DNA from: Lophium mytilinum
Lineage: Eukaryota
NCBI GenBank assembly: GCA_010093605.1
Contig: MU004183.1
Coordinates: 310,001-374,000 of the forward strand
Reading direction: 5' to 3'
Length of the DNA: 64,000 bases
The notes beneath the pieces were generated by a model. It was not told the origin of the DNA. It did not search any database and was given only the letters and a program-made list of their open reading frames with translations. The position numbers and the translations under genes were made by a program. Positions 51,469-63,166 of the stretch are shown here, piece by piece; the first letter of the stretch is position 1, and the number at the start of each line of letters is the position of its first letter.

Positions 51469-53264
51469 CTACACCTTCTTTACAACGTGAAACCGCTTCG
51501 GGGGATGGAAAATGGCGTGTATAATCACAGCACATTCCATCAAACCAAAAATGGGGCTCAAGAAGAAAGTGAGGATGACGTGCCAAACCATCGTCGATAG
51601 CGGGATGTTTCCTGCATCGTAGTCTTGAGCGACGGTCGAAGTGATGGCTGACCAAAGGCTTTCAGCGCAATGCAAAATGCCCCATACAAATAGCCATCGA
51701 GGAATCGCGATGGGAGTTTCTTTGAGAAAAACAACCCAGAGCACACTTTGCTCTATCATTAGCAAATCTGGCTCGATGAGACGGGAATGAACATTTAATT
51801 GACTTACTGACCAATGCCTGCGAAATATACGAAGCAGGCAGCATAAGAGAGGCGAGCCAGTGGCTCCCCGGTGGACCAGATGCCCGCACACCATCGTCTC
51901 CGCTGAGCACAGACGTCTCGAATCGACCGCGGAGGCTGCTCACGTGCAATAGCCTCAAGCCAGCCGAACTTGTAGCCCTTGTTGGCAGCCTACTCGGAGA
52001 ATTAGTAAGTGAGAGAAACGTTTCAGTGCCAACTTCTATCACTTGCCCGAAGGCCGAACCAGAAGTCCTCGGCTAGACAATCTGTATCCCATCCTACGGC
52101 GTGCTCGATTTCGCCCTTTACAAGAATGAAAGATCCATGCACCCAGCCGAGGGTAGGACGAGCATGGAGTTTGAATGGCAATCGAAAGCGTCCGAAATCT
52201 TGAGTGATTCTGCTCAATTCGCCCACGGTAAGAAACGAGTTCTCCCAGTGGCCTTTGCTATTGTAGAAGATGGTGCCCTTCACTAGATTAGCTTGTCACA
52301 CTACTGATCATGGCGAAGAGCGACATCGTACCATTCCAAAATGACGGTCTCCACGCTCGATGAAGTCAAGGCAGGTCTGTGTGGCGTATGCGTCTATTTG
52401 AGTCTCCTCATCCAAATGAAGTACCCAATCGTCAGGTCCGTAGCCGATCGTAATGCGCGCGTATTCGAGAGCTCTGGCCTTATGAAGAGCGACTGGTGGC
52501 GCGAAACTAGTGGGTACGATCAACAGCTTGACGAAGTCTGGAATTTGACCAAGCAAAGCAGCAGGTAGTCTGTTATCGAGGACAAGATGGAAAGTGATTC
52601 GTGGGTCTATGAGGCGCAACTCGTGCCAATTCGATATCGTATGCAAGACCGTCTATCCCTGGTCCATTAGCAACGCAGATTCTCGGGCATCTCTATGAGA
52701 ACATTAACGCGAAACTATATGTCCCACCTCGAAGTTTTCGCCTCTCGTCACTAGGCAAAAGCTGAGCGACTTGAAGTCCCTTGTCTTTGGTTGCGTCCTG
52801 TACTCGAACGCGTTGATTGCCAACAAACTCCGAGAGCGTAACCGAAAGGGAATGGTTGAATCAAATGCGAAGCAACTCCCAGAATTACGCAAAGGAGTGT
52901 GTCCGGAGTCCACCAGTTAGAATAGTCGATTATTGTTCGGATGAGCAGGTATCGCGATACAGCGTTATAAGCCACTGCGAACAGTCAATGCCTTCACCCT
53001 TCCAAGAGAATGTGAGAGAAACATCTCACTAAAAAAGCAGCAAATCAACCCAACGGGACAAATTATCCAGTTGTATTGAAGCACTCGATGTAGCTTTTCC
53101 GATCGCTTAGTCTCGAAGGCTCGCCGAGTGACTGAAGCCGCCATCGTGGACTTCACCGCCGTCGTGGACTTCACCACCGTGTCCAGGAGTTTGTGGTTGG
53201 AGTCTTCGTGTTTGACCCTACTTCTCGCACTGGTTTGTGTTCTCGTGGGTGTATTAGTTGCCAT
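51469..53264 (-). pseudogene. Egghead-like GT2 glycosyltransferase (beta-1,4-mannosyltransferase family) with an apparent frameshift near 52780-52820
   Basis: CLVTRG, KARALEY, WVLHLDEET, HGSF, LAEDFWFG, EQPP...QRRRW, C-terminal FHVVKK; the upstream frame ends in TAG at 52751 before VTRG, which lies in another frame. Confidence 0.7.
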
Positions 53265-54359
53265 CGCGATGGAGGTATGATGGTTTGACTGGGAGAGCGA
53301 TAACGGTTTGTAGACCTCGATTTGCCCGGTCTCAGTCGGAACACTCATTTGATTTGATACGATGCGTTTGTTATTCCACGGCAGCGCAAGCCGCATATGG
53401 CTTGCAGATGATACAACCTCAATCTGATGGGCTATCCGACCCGCCAATCATGGAGCTTCCCTCGTCCCTCCGTCCCTCCGAAGGCTCCCCTTCACTGCAG
53501 TGGTGCAGCATCAATCGGTGTGAACGGACCGGACGATCTGCCGAAACCACATTTAGGACGATGCGCGCTCTCAGTGAGTGGGGATCCCATGCTGGCAGAA
53601 GATTGATCGAACACAGGCTATTCAACCAGCTGTGCATTCGCCGTAGCACTCGCTTTCCAATAGACTTGATAAAGTCAAAGCCAGGGATATTCTGATTGAG
53701 AAATAGTGCCTGGAGACGCTGAAGAAATGCAAGGCGTCTACCTGGCATGTAGATTGGTAGACGAGTATCCAGACCGAGAGGAAAATTTATGTAGATGCTT
53801 GAATGAGAGTTTCAAATCGCTGATAGGAGCAGGGATAGATAGGAAGGCTTCTATATGATGGATGATCACCGGCCTGCTAACAGCGTTGATTAGCTGATTG
53901 AAATTATTGTCGTGCGTCCTTCGGAGGAAGTATTTTAGAATTAAGCAGCTCTCGATTTGCCATGTGGGATGAACTGTTTCCTTGTACTTCCTTCAGATTG
54001 TATCCCACCACTATAAGTTTACGGTATCAAGACGAATTAAGATGGAAATTTGACGACGGCGAATGATGATGATAGAGCCAGGGACCGTGTCAGAGACGCC
54101 TTGAAGAGGGCTCGGCACTATCTTCGGTCATCCCACCACAGTCAGACTTCTCCCACCAATCCAATCACAACGAATGACTCGGCAATTGCAGACACGAAAA
54201 AGGCATTCCGAGCGGCCCTATATCAATCTTCCAAATATGGTGTCCACCCTACTAATACGTCGGACTAGTTTCCGGGCAAGTTTGGTGGACTTTCCAAGCT
54301 CCCACGCTCATCTCGTCCGCAGTTCCTTTCACGTTACATATTCCGCTCCATATTAGATC

Positions 54360-56065
54360 ATGATCGCTTCGGAGTACACTGTACAGAAAGAGGCGGAGCG
54401 TATTTTCCGGGAGGTTCTTATCGATGGGGATAGACTTGGACTTCCAGACTCGGTCAAAGAACTTGCTTCAAAAACCACATTTGACGCGACAGCTATTTCA
54501 GAACCGCACATTCCATGTCCTCTCAAATTCACCGAATCTAGCGCGTCGCTATGGGCACTTGCAGCAACATACGGGAATGCCATAGCCAAGGAACGCTTTG
54601 GAGTGGACCAATCCGTCGTCGTGAACACCGACATCGCATCTCTATTCCTCATGTCTAGTGCTCTAGTGAAGGTAGACGGCAAGAACGCTGGTGATCCCTC
54701 GATTGCCGCGCGATATATGAAGTACGATATGGGAAACATGTTCATTGAGCCATCGCGGCGTCTTAGCACGAACATCTATCCAACCAAGGACGGCCGCTTT
54801 TACCACACCCACGGAAGCATGAACGCGGACAAAGTTTTGACGATGCTTGGGCTTCCCCTGCACGACGGGGAGAAAGACGAGAAGACGGTCATAGATCGAT
54901 TTTGTGCCAGAGTCAAGGAGTTCGATAGCGAATACCTCGATGTCTTGGAAAACGACCACTTCCGCCAGGCTGGGACCATCTGCCTCACTCCGGAGGAATA
55001 CAAGAAGTCACCCCAGGGCAAGGCGGTAGGAGATGACCCGCTATTTCTACTCGAACAATCGTCTCAAGACTCTTTACCTCCGATACCTTGGCCCAAGAGT
55101 GCTTCGAACACGTTTAGACCACTAGAAGGGATCAAAATCATAGAGATAGCCCGTGTTATCGCCGCCCCTACAGTCACGAAGCTGTCAGCGTTATTTGGAG
55201 CAACCGTTGTTCGGGTATCCTGTGACTTTCAGCCAGATATGGGCCCTCTACTCGTCGAAGGAAATCTCGGGAAGCGAGATGTTTCTCTAAATTTAAAAAG
55301 TAACGAAGGCCGGGAAGCCCTCGAAAAGCTTCTGGAGGAGGCCGACGTCATTCTCGATGGCTACCGGCCTGGCGCTCTAGAAAAACTTGGGTTCGGACCA
55401 ACATACGTACATGAGCTGGCCAAAAAACGCGGCAAAGGCATTGTATACGTTCGCGAGAACTGCTACGGATGGAAGGGGCCATTTGCAAACCGGAGCGGTT
55501 GGCAACAAATTAGTGACTGTGTAAGTTATACAACATTGAACCTACTAGTGAGATTTACTTACCAATTCTCTAGGTCACCGGCGTGAGCTACCTCCAAGGC
55601 CAGTTCTTCGGCCTCGATGAGCCCGTCGTCCCCCTTCTCCCCAATTCCGATTATCAGACCGGTGTAACTGGCCTCATCGCCATCCTCCACGGCCTCAACG
55701 GCCGCGCCACCACCGGCGGCAACTTCTTGGCTTCCATCTCTCTCAATCAGTTCAACTCGCATCTCCTATCCCTCGGGACATACTCACCATCGATCCAGTC
55801 CACTCTCCGCGCTCAGCACGCCAACCTACATCTTCGCCATTACGACGATATGATTAACCTCGTTTCCAAAACGCTGAAGTCGCTCTTTGGGGCCGTGCCT
55901 CAGCTCTTCAACCCCACTTACTTCGACAGCATCAAGAGCAATCTCGGGGGCGAGAAGGAGGAGATGCTGACGCATGTGAAGAGCGTAGCGACTTTTAGTG
56001 AGACGAAGCTGGGGTATGATGTTGGGAGTTGCTTTTTAGGGCAGTATGAGGCAATTTGGCCATGA
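54360..56065 (+). CDS. Family III CoA-transferase (CaiB/BaiF); exons 54360-55520, 55573-56065
   Basis: PLEGIKIIEIARVIAAP, NLGKR...LNLK, ADVILDGYRPGALEKLG, ENCYGW.GP...RSGWQQISD. Confidence 0.9.
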
Positions 56066-56172
56066 GGGGCGCGTTTCCAGTAGGATCGGAAAACTTTGAG
56101 GTCAAGGTACTCTACATGAATAGATATATAAGGCATACGAAATGTAGATATAAGATATCCTTCATACTCCCT

Positions 56173-58843
56173 TTACATCCAGGCTTCCTTTACATCGGTA
56201 TTCGGATGCGATGAAAGCGCGCCATTCTTTTCGTCATTGATGGCGCCACCATTGGGAATCCACCGCTCCAGCCGCATACTGTTCATCAGCACGAGCATGC
56301 TGCTGAGTCCCATGCCTAGGCTTGCCATTGCCCTATCGTATGATAGATTAGTATCAACCTTCAACGCAGGTAAAGGAGTGTCACCTACGGCGTAAGAACT
56401 AGCCTTTTATGCACCACCTCCAACACCCCCGAACCCCACAACAACGCAACGATATTATACCCAATCGCCCATGCCAAATTCTGTCGTACTGTCTTGAGTG
56501 TCTCCTTCGCCAGCCCAAGTAAGAACGGGATACGCAATAGATCCCCACTCCCGCCTCCACTCCCCGTCTCCTCCGATGTCGGGAACAGCTGTGCATCCCC
56601 ATGGACTGCTGTTGAGATCTCCGAGTCTCGTGACACGCAGATGCTGAAGCCAGCGGAGGAGAGCGCGGGGATGTCGTTCAGGTTGTCGCCTACCATGGCG
56701 ATTGGCCCGTGTTCGAGAGCAAGGGAGTCCAGCACCAGCGCTTTCTCGATAGGCTTCTGTGCGGACCAGATCCAAGTGTCAGGTATGCCAACTGCGTGAG
56801 CGAGGGCGGAGGCGGAGGCGTGGGTGTCGCCGGTCATTAGGCCGACGTTGAGGCCTTGGGATCTGAGAAGGGAGATGGTTTTGCGGGCGTCTGGCTTGGT
56901 GGTGTCGGAGTAAGTCAGGAGGCCGCAAAGGCTGTATTTAATGGAGATGAACACAGGATGCAAGGAGCTTTTCAAGGCTACTGATGTTAGCGAGGAAGCA
57001 GCGAGAGAGACGCCGACTGATTCCAGGAATTTCGCGCTGCCGACCGCCATATGGAAGTCGTCTTCTTCACCAGTTCGGATTGTTCCATGAACCCCCAGGC
57101 CTGGGACATGGTGCAGGTGAAGGACCTGCAAGTCGAGGTCCGCATAGTGTTTTAGGTCTGCTGATGAAAGCTGCTCCTCACACTCAGCGAGTAAAGCTTG
57201 AGCAACTGGGTGTTTTGATTGAGTCTCCTCCAAAGCTTGCACGGCGCGCCACCATACGGCACGCCGGCGTTCGGAACCTCTCCATTCAGGGGATATCTCT
57301 GTGCACTCAATATTGAGGTGTCCTTGTGTTAAGGTGCCCGTTTTGTCGAATATCACAGTCCGGACTATCGACGCGATCTCGAGCTGAGAAGTTCCTCCAG
57401 CGAGAAGAATATTGAAGCGGGACGCAGAAGCTGATTTACAGATTAGCTGCCATCACGGTTGCGAAAAGGGGGCGCATTACTTGTGCTTAACATTATACAG
57501 GCAGGAATGCTCAATCCTAATGCGCAAGGGCACGCAGCAAGCAACATGGCAGTAGCACGATTGAAGCAGTCACTCCACGTCGCATCCGTGAAAGCTTTCC
57601 AGATGACAACGGTAGCGAGCGCCAGTATCATGACCCCACTCACGAAGTACTGTATGATAGCCTCGATAGGCCCATCAAACGCATCCTTGCGGCTGTCGGC
57701 TTTGGCAACGAACTCAAGAGTCTTCTCCAGCCAGGTATTCGTGCCGGCCCGAGTGATGCGAACAACGAGACCGCCGTCCAAACATTTTGAGCCTGCCAAT
57801 ACCTCATCTCCGTCTTTCTTGAACCGCGGGACCACCTCTCCAGTGATACATGTTTCGCTAACGTTGCTAGAGCCTTTGACAATGATTCCGTCGCCTGGTA
57901 TGGTATGTCCGGGAGAGACGATGACCCAATTTCCCGAGCTCAAGAACTCAATTGGAACATCCTCCGCGCTCTCTCGAAAGTTGCCGTCAAGTTCGCGTTG
58001 CGAGGTTATGGTTGCTGATGAAGGCATAACCGAGGATAGTTGAGCTGTGAAGCCCAGAGCACGTCTTGAAACCAGAGCTTTTAGATACCGACCACCGAGA
58101 ACCACGGTAATGAGCACAGATATCGCATCGAAGGATACTTGGCCAGGATTTGAGTTTTCGCCGAAGAGTTGATACGTAAGGACGTGTAAAGATTGAATAA
58201 AGCCGAGCGTAATCCCTGACGATGACAAGACCGACATATCACCTCGTCTGGCCCACAACGCAGACAGCGCTTCTCGGTGTATGTGTCTTGCGCAGTAGAA
58301 AGTGCTTATCGTAGCCAAAACCGCTTCTAGATCTCCAATTGCAAGCGACATCCAGAATGACGAAGTGGACGTTCTTGGGTAAGGAAGTAACACCGACGGA
58401 ATGGTGAAGAAGATTGATAAAAAGAACGAATTCCTCCCGGACTTGATCTCTTTCATCCTAGCAATGTCCGCCCTTTCGAAGTCCTCTCGCCAACTCCTCG
58501 CGGCAGGCAACACTTCTCCTCCATACCCGTTTTCTTCAACAACGAGCGCCAGCGCTTCTGGGTTCGTGATTGCGCTGTTATATATTATATGAGCTTGGAA
58601 TAATGCTAATGAAACACTTGCACCAGTAACTCCGGGGGTACTAGAGAGTGCATTTTGAATGCTGTTGGTGCACGCGGCGCAAGTTATACCCGTCAGGGAC
58701 AGTCTGCACGAGGACGTAGTGCCATGTAGCTTCGAATCCTTCTCTTGAATCTTGGGAGTGTTGAAGTTTAACTTGCACTGCAGGTCCCGATGTATGTTCA
58801 GTAACCTCATGATCACAAAAGCAGCAACAGCACAGCAAGCCAT
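56173..58843 (-). CDS. P1B-type heavy-metal (Cu+) ATPase with a single HMA domain; 3 exons
   Basis: GITCAAC HMA, TGE, CPCALGL, DKTGTLT, HP, TGD, YN in TM7, MGLSS in TM8; start placed at the AATCATGG ATG (MACCAVAAF). Confidence 0.85.
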
Positions 58844-59439
58844 GATTGCTCTCTTGTTCGGAACGTTCCACTTGTGCAGGTGGTTCTCTGCCAAAGATGG
58901 AGGTAGGTGGATTAGAGGCGCATGGATACGGAAGATTCACGGAGATGGACCAGAGGAGCGGGAGTCATCCCAATGCGGTGAGTAGCCGAGTATCGTCCTT
59001 GGCGGTGGTGGAGTAGACAGCTGCATCACGAAAAGCGTCGTCAGATTTTCCTGACAACGGAGAGAGGGGATGGGAGAGGGTGGAGAACCCCTGGAGGTGC
59101 TCGGAATGTGGGGGTGGGGCTGGCCCGCTTTCGGTACGCCTCGTGGTCTAGCTATTTTAGGGTACGTAGCCGGTCGGGATGGCGGCTCCTAATCCTAACT
59201 ATTCAGTCACTGGTTTTGTTCGGAATTATTTCTGAAGTCAACACACTTTGATTGAATATGTGGTAAAAATAGCCTTCGAATATGCTCCTCAGATACTGAG
59301 AACGAAACTAAGGAAGTATATGAACACCCCAACACCTAGAAACTTGAGAACCTCAAGAATTTGAGTTAGTCTCCCATGCATTAGTTCCATGGATACACTG
59401 ACTTCAACTTCTGGCCATCCTCCAGTCACCCAGAGATGA

Positions 59440-60742
59440 TCACAGCCGAGGACTCGAGGTCTTCCGTTTCTTCACAGCATCGACAATCGCCACAGCTAGC
59501 ACCTTGGCCCCCGGAGCGAAATCGTCCCCTAGGTCACCGGTAGCTTTCAAGAAGTCCGCTTCTTTGGCAACTACGTCCCCAAACACCCAATCATGGGCCT
59601 TGCCCACGCCTACATCGAGTGTTACATCTGCATCTGTTTGCGTAGCTAGCTTTGCAAAAGCTTCAATATCCGCTCTGAAGACCTCATCGGCGCCTGCTGA
59701 GATCCAAACCGTATGCGGGAGAATCTCTGACAGGGGAAGTCTACCAGGTACCGGATGGACGAATTCAGTGTAAGTATCGATCGTGGTACGGGAGTGAGAG
59801 GAAGCCGCCCGAAGATCGTTAGCACAATTGTCCAGAAATCTTTTGTCGAGGACATCGATGCCAGCATTTGTCGAAAAGGTTGGGCTAGTGTGCTGGAAAG
59901 AAAGCCAGGCGCTGAGAAGGTAGACTCCCAGCGGCTTCGGTAAGGTAGTTGTAGAAGGAGGCAGTGGAATAGCTAAGCTTGCAAGGAGCGACATCATCAG
60001 GCTACCACCTGCGGAGTCCCCGATCAAGGCGATCTTGTCCGCTGCGATTCCCAGGTCGAGCAGATATGAGTACGCTGCATGAGCTTGGTCCATTTGAGTC
60101 GGGAATGGTGCCTCTGGAGCTAGAGAATAGTCAAGCGCGAGTATGCTCACGTTGAGCCCTTTGCTTTCAATTACTTCGGCGATATACAGCATGAAGGTAA
60201 TCCACTGGGCTACGTGACCTATATAAGAGTTAAGTACTATATAGTAGAGCAGTCATGTAGAGTCACGTGTTGCTAACCTATCACGTATCCTCCGCCATGA
60301 GCGAATAGAATTGTAACATCAGCGCTTTGTGGTTCTCTTTTGGTTGAAATGGAGCCCTGGCATATCCAGTAGCCAGAGAACGCGCTCGTTTTGACGGGTT
60401 CGACTATGTTCTTCCGAACAGCAGAGAATCTGGGAGATGCCAGGACCTTCTCAACTTGAGCTTCACCTGGGGCTCGGAGGATTTGACGTGGAAACCCCAA
60501 AAGCACCCTGGCACATAGTTAGTCTGAATAGCATATGTGCTCATGCGGCGTCAGCCATACTCGCGAATCATGGACCGAAGGAAATGGTCCTTGAACGACA
60601 CATTATGCTTCTTGAATGCTCGAGTTATGATGACCGACAGAATCGTTTTCGGGAGGACATAGAGCATCACGCTAGCGGCGTAGATTTTCTGAGTAAGTGT
60701 GCTCCTCCCGAAGCCCGGATTCGGATCCGTAATGGAGCTCAT
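59440..60742 (-). CDS. Alpha/beta hydrolase (HSL / Say1-Mug180-like esterase); 3 exons
   Basis: HGGGY oxyanion motif, DYSLAPEAPFP, GDSAG nucleophile, AHDW histidine. Confidence 0.88.
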
Positions 60743-61122
60743 CGTGCTGCCGTGGCGTGTTAACGCGGACGCCTAGTCAGAATATCGAGACGATATGGGG
60801 GCTTCGTTTCTTGAGGCGTTGGATTTTCGATATTTTCTGGAGAAACAATGCGAGGTATCAGTTGTCATGATAGTATCAACCGAGCTCCTGCGGGGAATCC
60901 GCTACTTGGAGATGCCCTTCAGCCGATCACGTTATGTCCAACCAGTCAGCTCATTCTGACATCTGTGAACACTCACCACTCACCACTCCCGAATTCCGTA
61001 CCCCATCGAGTACAGTAAATAGAAGATAGCCTACATTTATTGAAGATGCACCGCAAATTAAACTTAGAAAATCAAGTTGGTTGTCAGCTCGTCGAAAAGT
61101 TCCCAGGCCCCAAGTCGCCGCA

Positions 61123-63166
61123 ATGTCGTTCCTCCTCCAAACCAAGCCAATTTTCGAACCGAAACGAACCTTGAAAGTTATTGTGATTGGAGCGGGCGCA
61201 TCAGGTCTATTGACGGCATACAAGCTCCAACGGCACTTTGATAATTTTGAGCTCAATGTGTACGAGAAGAACTCTGAAGCATCAGGTACATGGTTCGAGA
61301 ACCGTTATCCAGGGTAAGTCCGAGCACCTCAACGCGCACCTTTCCTAACCAGGTCTGGCGCAGATGCGCTTGTGATGTTCCCTCTCACTGCTATACGTGG
61401 TCTTTCGAGCCGAAGACGGACTGGTCCGCAACCTATGCGTCGTCCACCGAGATCCACCAATACTTCAACGATTTCATGCACAAGTATGGCCTCCAGAAGT
61501 ACGTGAAGCTCCAGCACGCTGTATCGAATGCCGTTTGGAACGAGAAGACGGCACAATGGGATGTGACCATCGATGACCTAGCGACCGGAAAGCAAATCCA
61601 CAACTCCGCACATGTCGTTATCAACGCCGCAGGAATTTTGAACGCATGGAGGTATCCTCCGATACCAGGAATTAAAGAATACAAGGGTGCCCTGGTCCAT
61701 AGCGCAGCCTGGGATCCCACCATCGAGCTGAAGGGAAAGACGGTTGGCCTGATCGGTAATGGGTAAGCAATCACTGGATTAATGAAAGACCGCTCTCGGT
61801 AACACAGGATATAGATCATCTGGCATTCAGATCCTACCAGCTATCAAAGGCGAAGTCAAAGAGTTGATAACCTTCATCCGCGAACCGACTTGGGTGGCAC
61901 CCCCAATAGGTCAAGGATACAAGGCCTATTCGGTAGAGGAACGAGCGAAGTTTGCGACGGACCCGGCCTTCCATCTGCAGACGCGTAAAGAAATTGAGCA
62001 AGGCATGAATAGTGCTTTTGCTATATTCCACGCAGGCTCGGAGATGCAAAAGATGACACGGCAGCACATGTTAAACGAGATGCAGACGAAGCTTAATAAC
62101 AAGGAGCTTGAGAAACTTTTGATTCCGGAGTGGAGCGTTGGCTGCAGGAGACTCACCCCTGGCACGAATTATTTGGAGAGTCTTTCTGACCCCAACGTGA
62201 AGGTTGTATACGGCGAGATTGAGAAAATCACAGAAAAGGGTCCGATCGTTGACGATGGGAACGAGTATCCGGTTGATGTGCTCATTTGCGCGACTGGATT
62301 TGACACCACGTTCAAGCCTAGGTTTCCACTCATTGGTCCTAAGGGCAAAGCGCTGGCAGAAGTCTGGAAAGGTATGAAAAGCCGTCTTGGAATCTAGGAA
62401 GTCTATGCTTACTCGTGCATCATCTAGACGAACCACAAGGGTATCTTGGCATTGCTGTTAACGACTACCCTAACTATTTCATGACCCTTGGACCGAACTG
62501 TCCAATCGGAAATGGCCCAGTGTTAATTTCCATCGAGTCAGAGGTCGATTACATCATCAAGATGCTTTCGAAGTTTCAGAAAGAGAATATCCGGTTGGTT
62601 TAACATTTTTCCTTACACTGAGAATTGTAAGACTGACAGTTCTAGGTCCTTCGATGTAAAGCCAGAACCGGTTCAAGAGTTCAACGATTGGAAGGAACAT
62701 TTCATGTCAGGAACCAGTATGTGCATTTTGGATTCACCTACTAATAGATGTTGAGTGCACTTGCAATTCGGCCTGCACCAATTCTAAAATACTCATCGCC
62801 ACTTTCAAGAAAGAACACTGCTGACTCCTTGAAGTTTGGACAGAAGAATGCCGATCCTGGTACAAGTCCGGTAACATCCATGGCAAAATCGCAGCGTTGT
62901 GGCCCGGTTCCACACTCCATTATCTTGAGGCGCTGAAAGAGCCTCGCTGGGAGGACTGGAACTTCGAATACGAATCTAAGAATCGATTCGAGTACTTAGG
63001 CAACGGGCACAGCTCTGCTGAGGTGCGCGAAGGCGGTGATTTGAGCTACTATATCCGCAATCACGATGATGATCAGATCGATATCGTCCTGAAGAAGCCC
63101 GGCAACGCTCATCCGGAGTTGGAGGGGATCGTGCCGTCCCCAGACGCCGTCAAGGCGAAGCTGTGA
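61123..63166 (+). CDS. Baeyer-Villiger-type FAD monooxygenase (StcW/MoxY-like); about 6 exons
   Basis: GAGASG, GTWFENRYPGCACD, fingerprint YKGALVHSAAW, second Rossmann GNGSSG, ATGF, WPGSTLHY. Confidence 0.92.

Noticed and set aside
62718..62834. Possible stwintron in the BVMO (internal TACTAATAG acceptor)
   Set aside because: The internal intron would be only ~31 nt and its removal does not rebuild a donor; one ordinary intron restores the frame.
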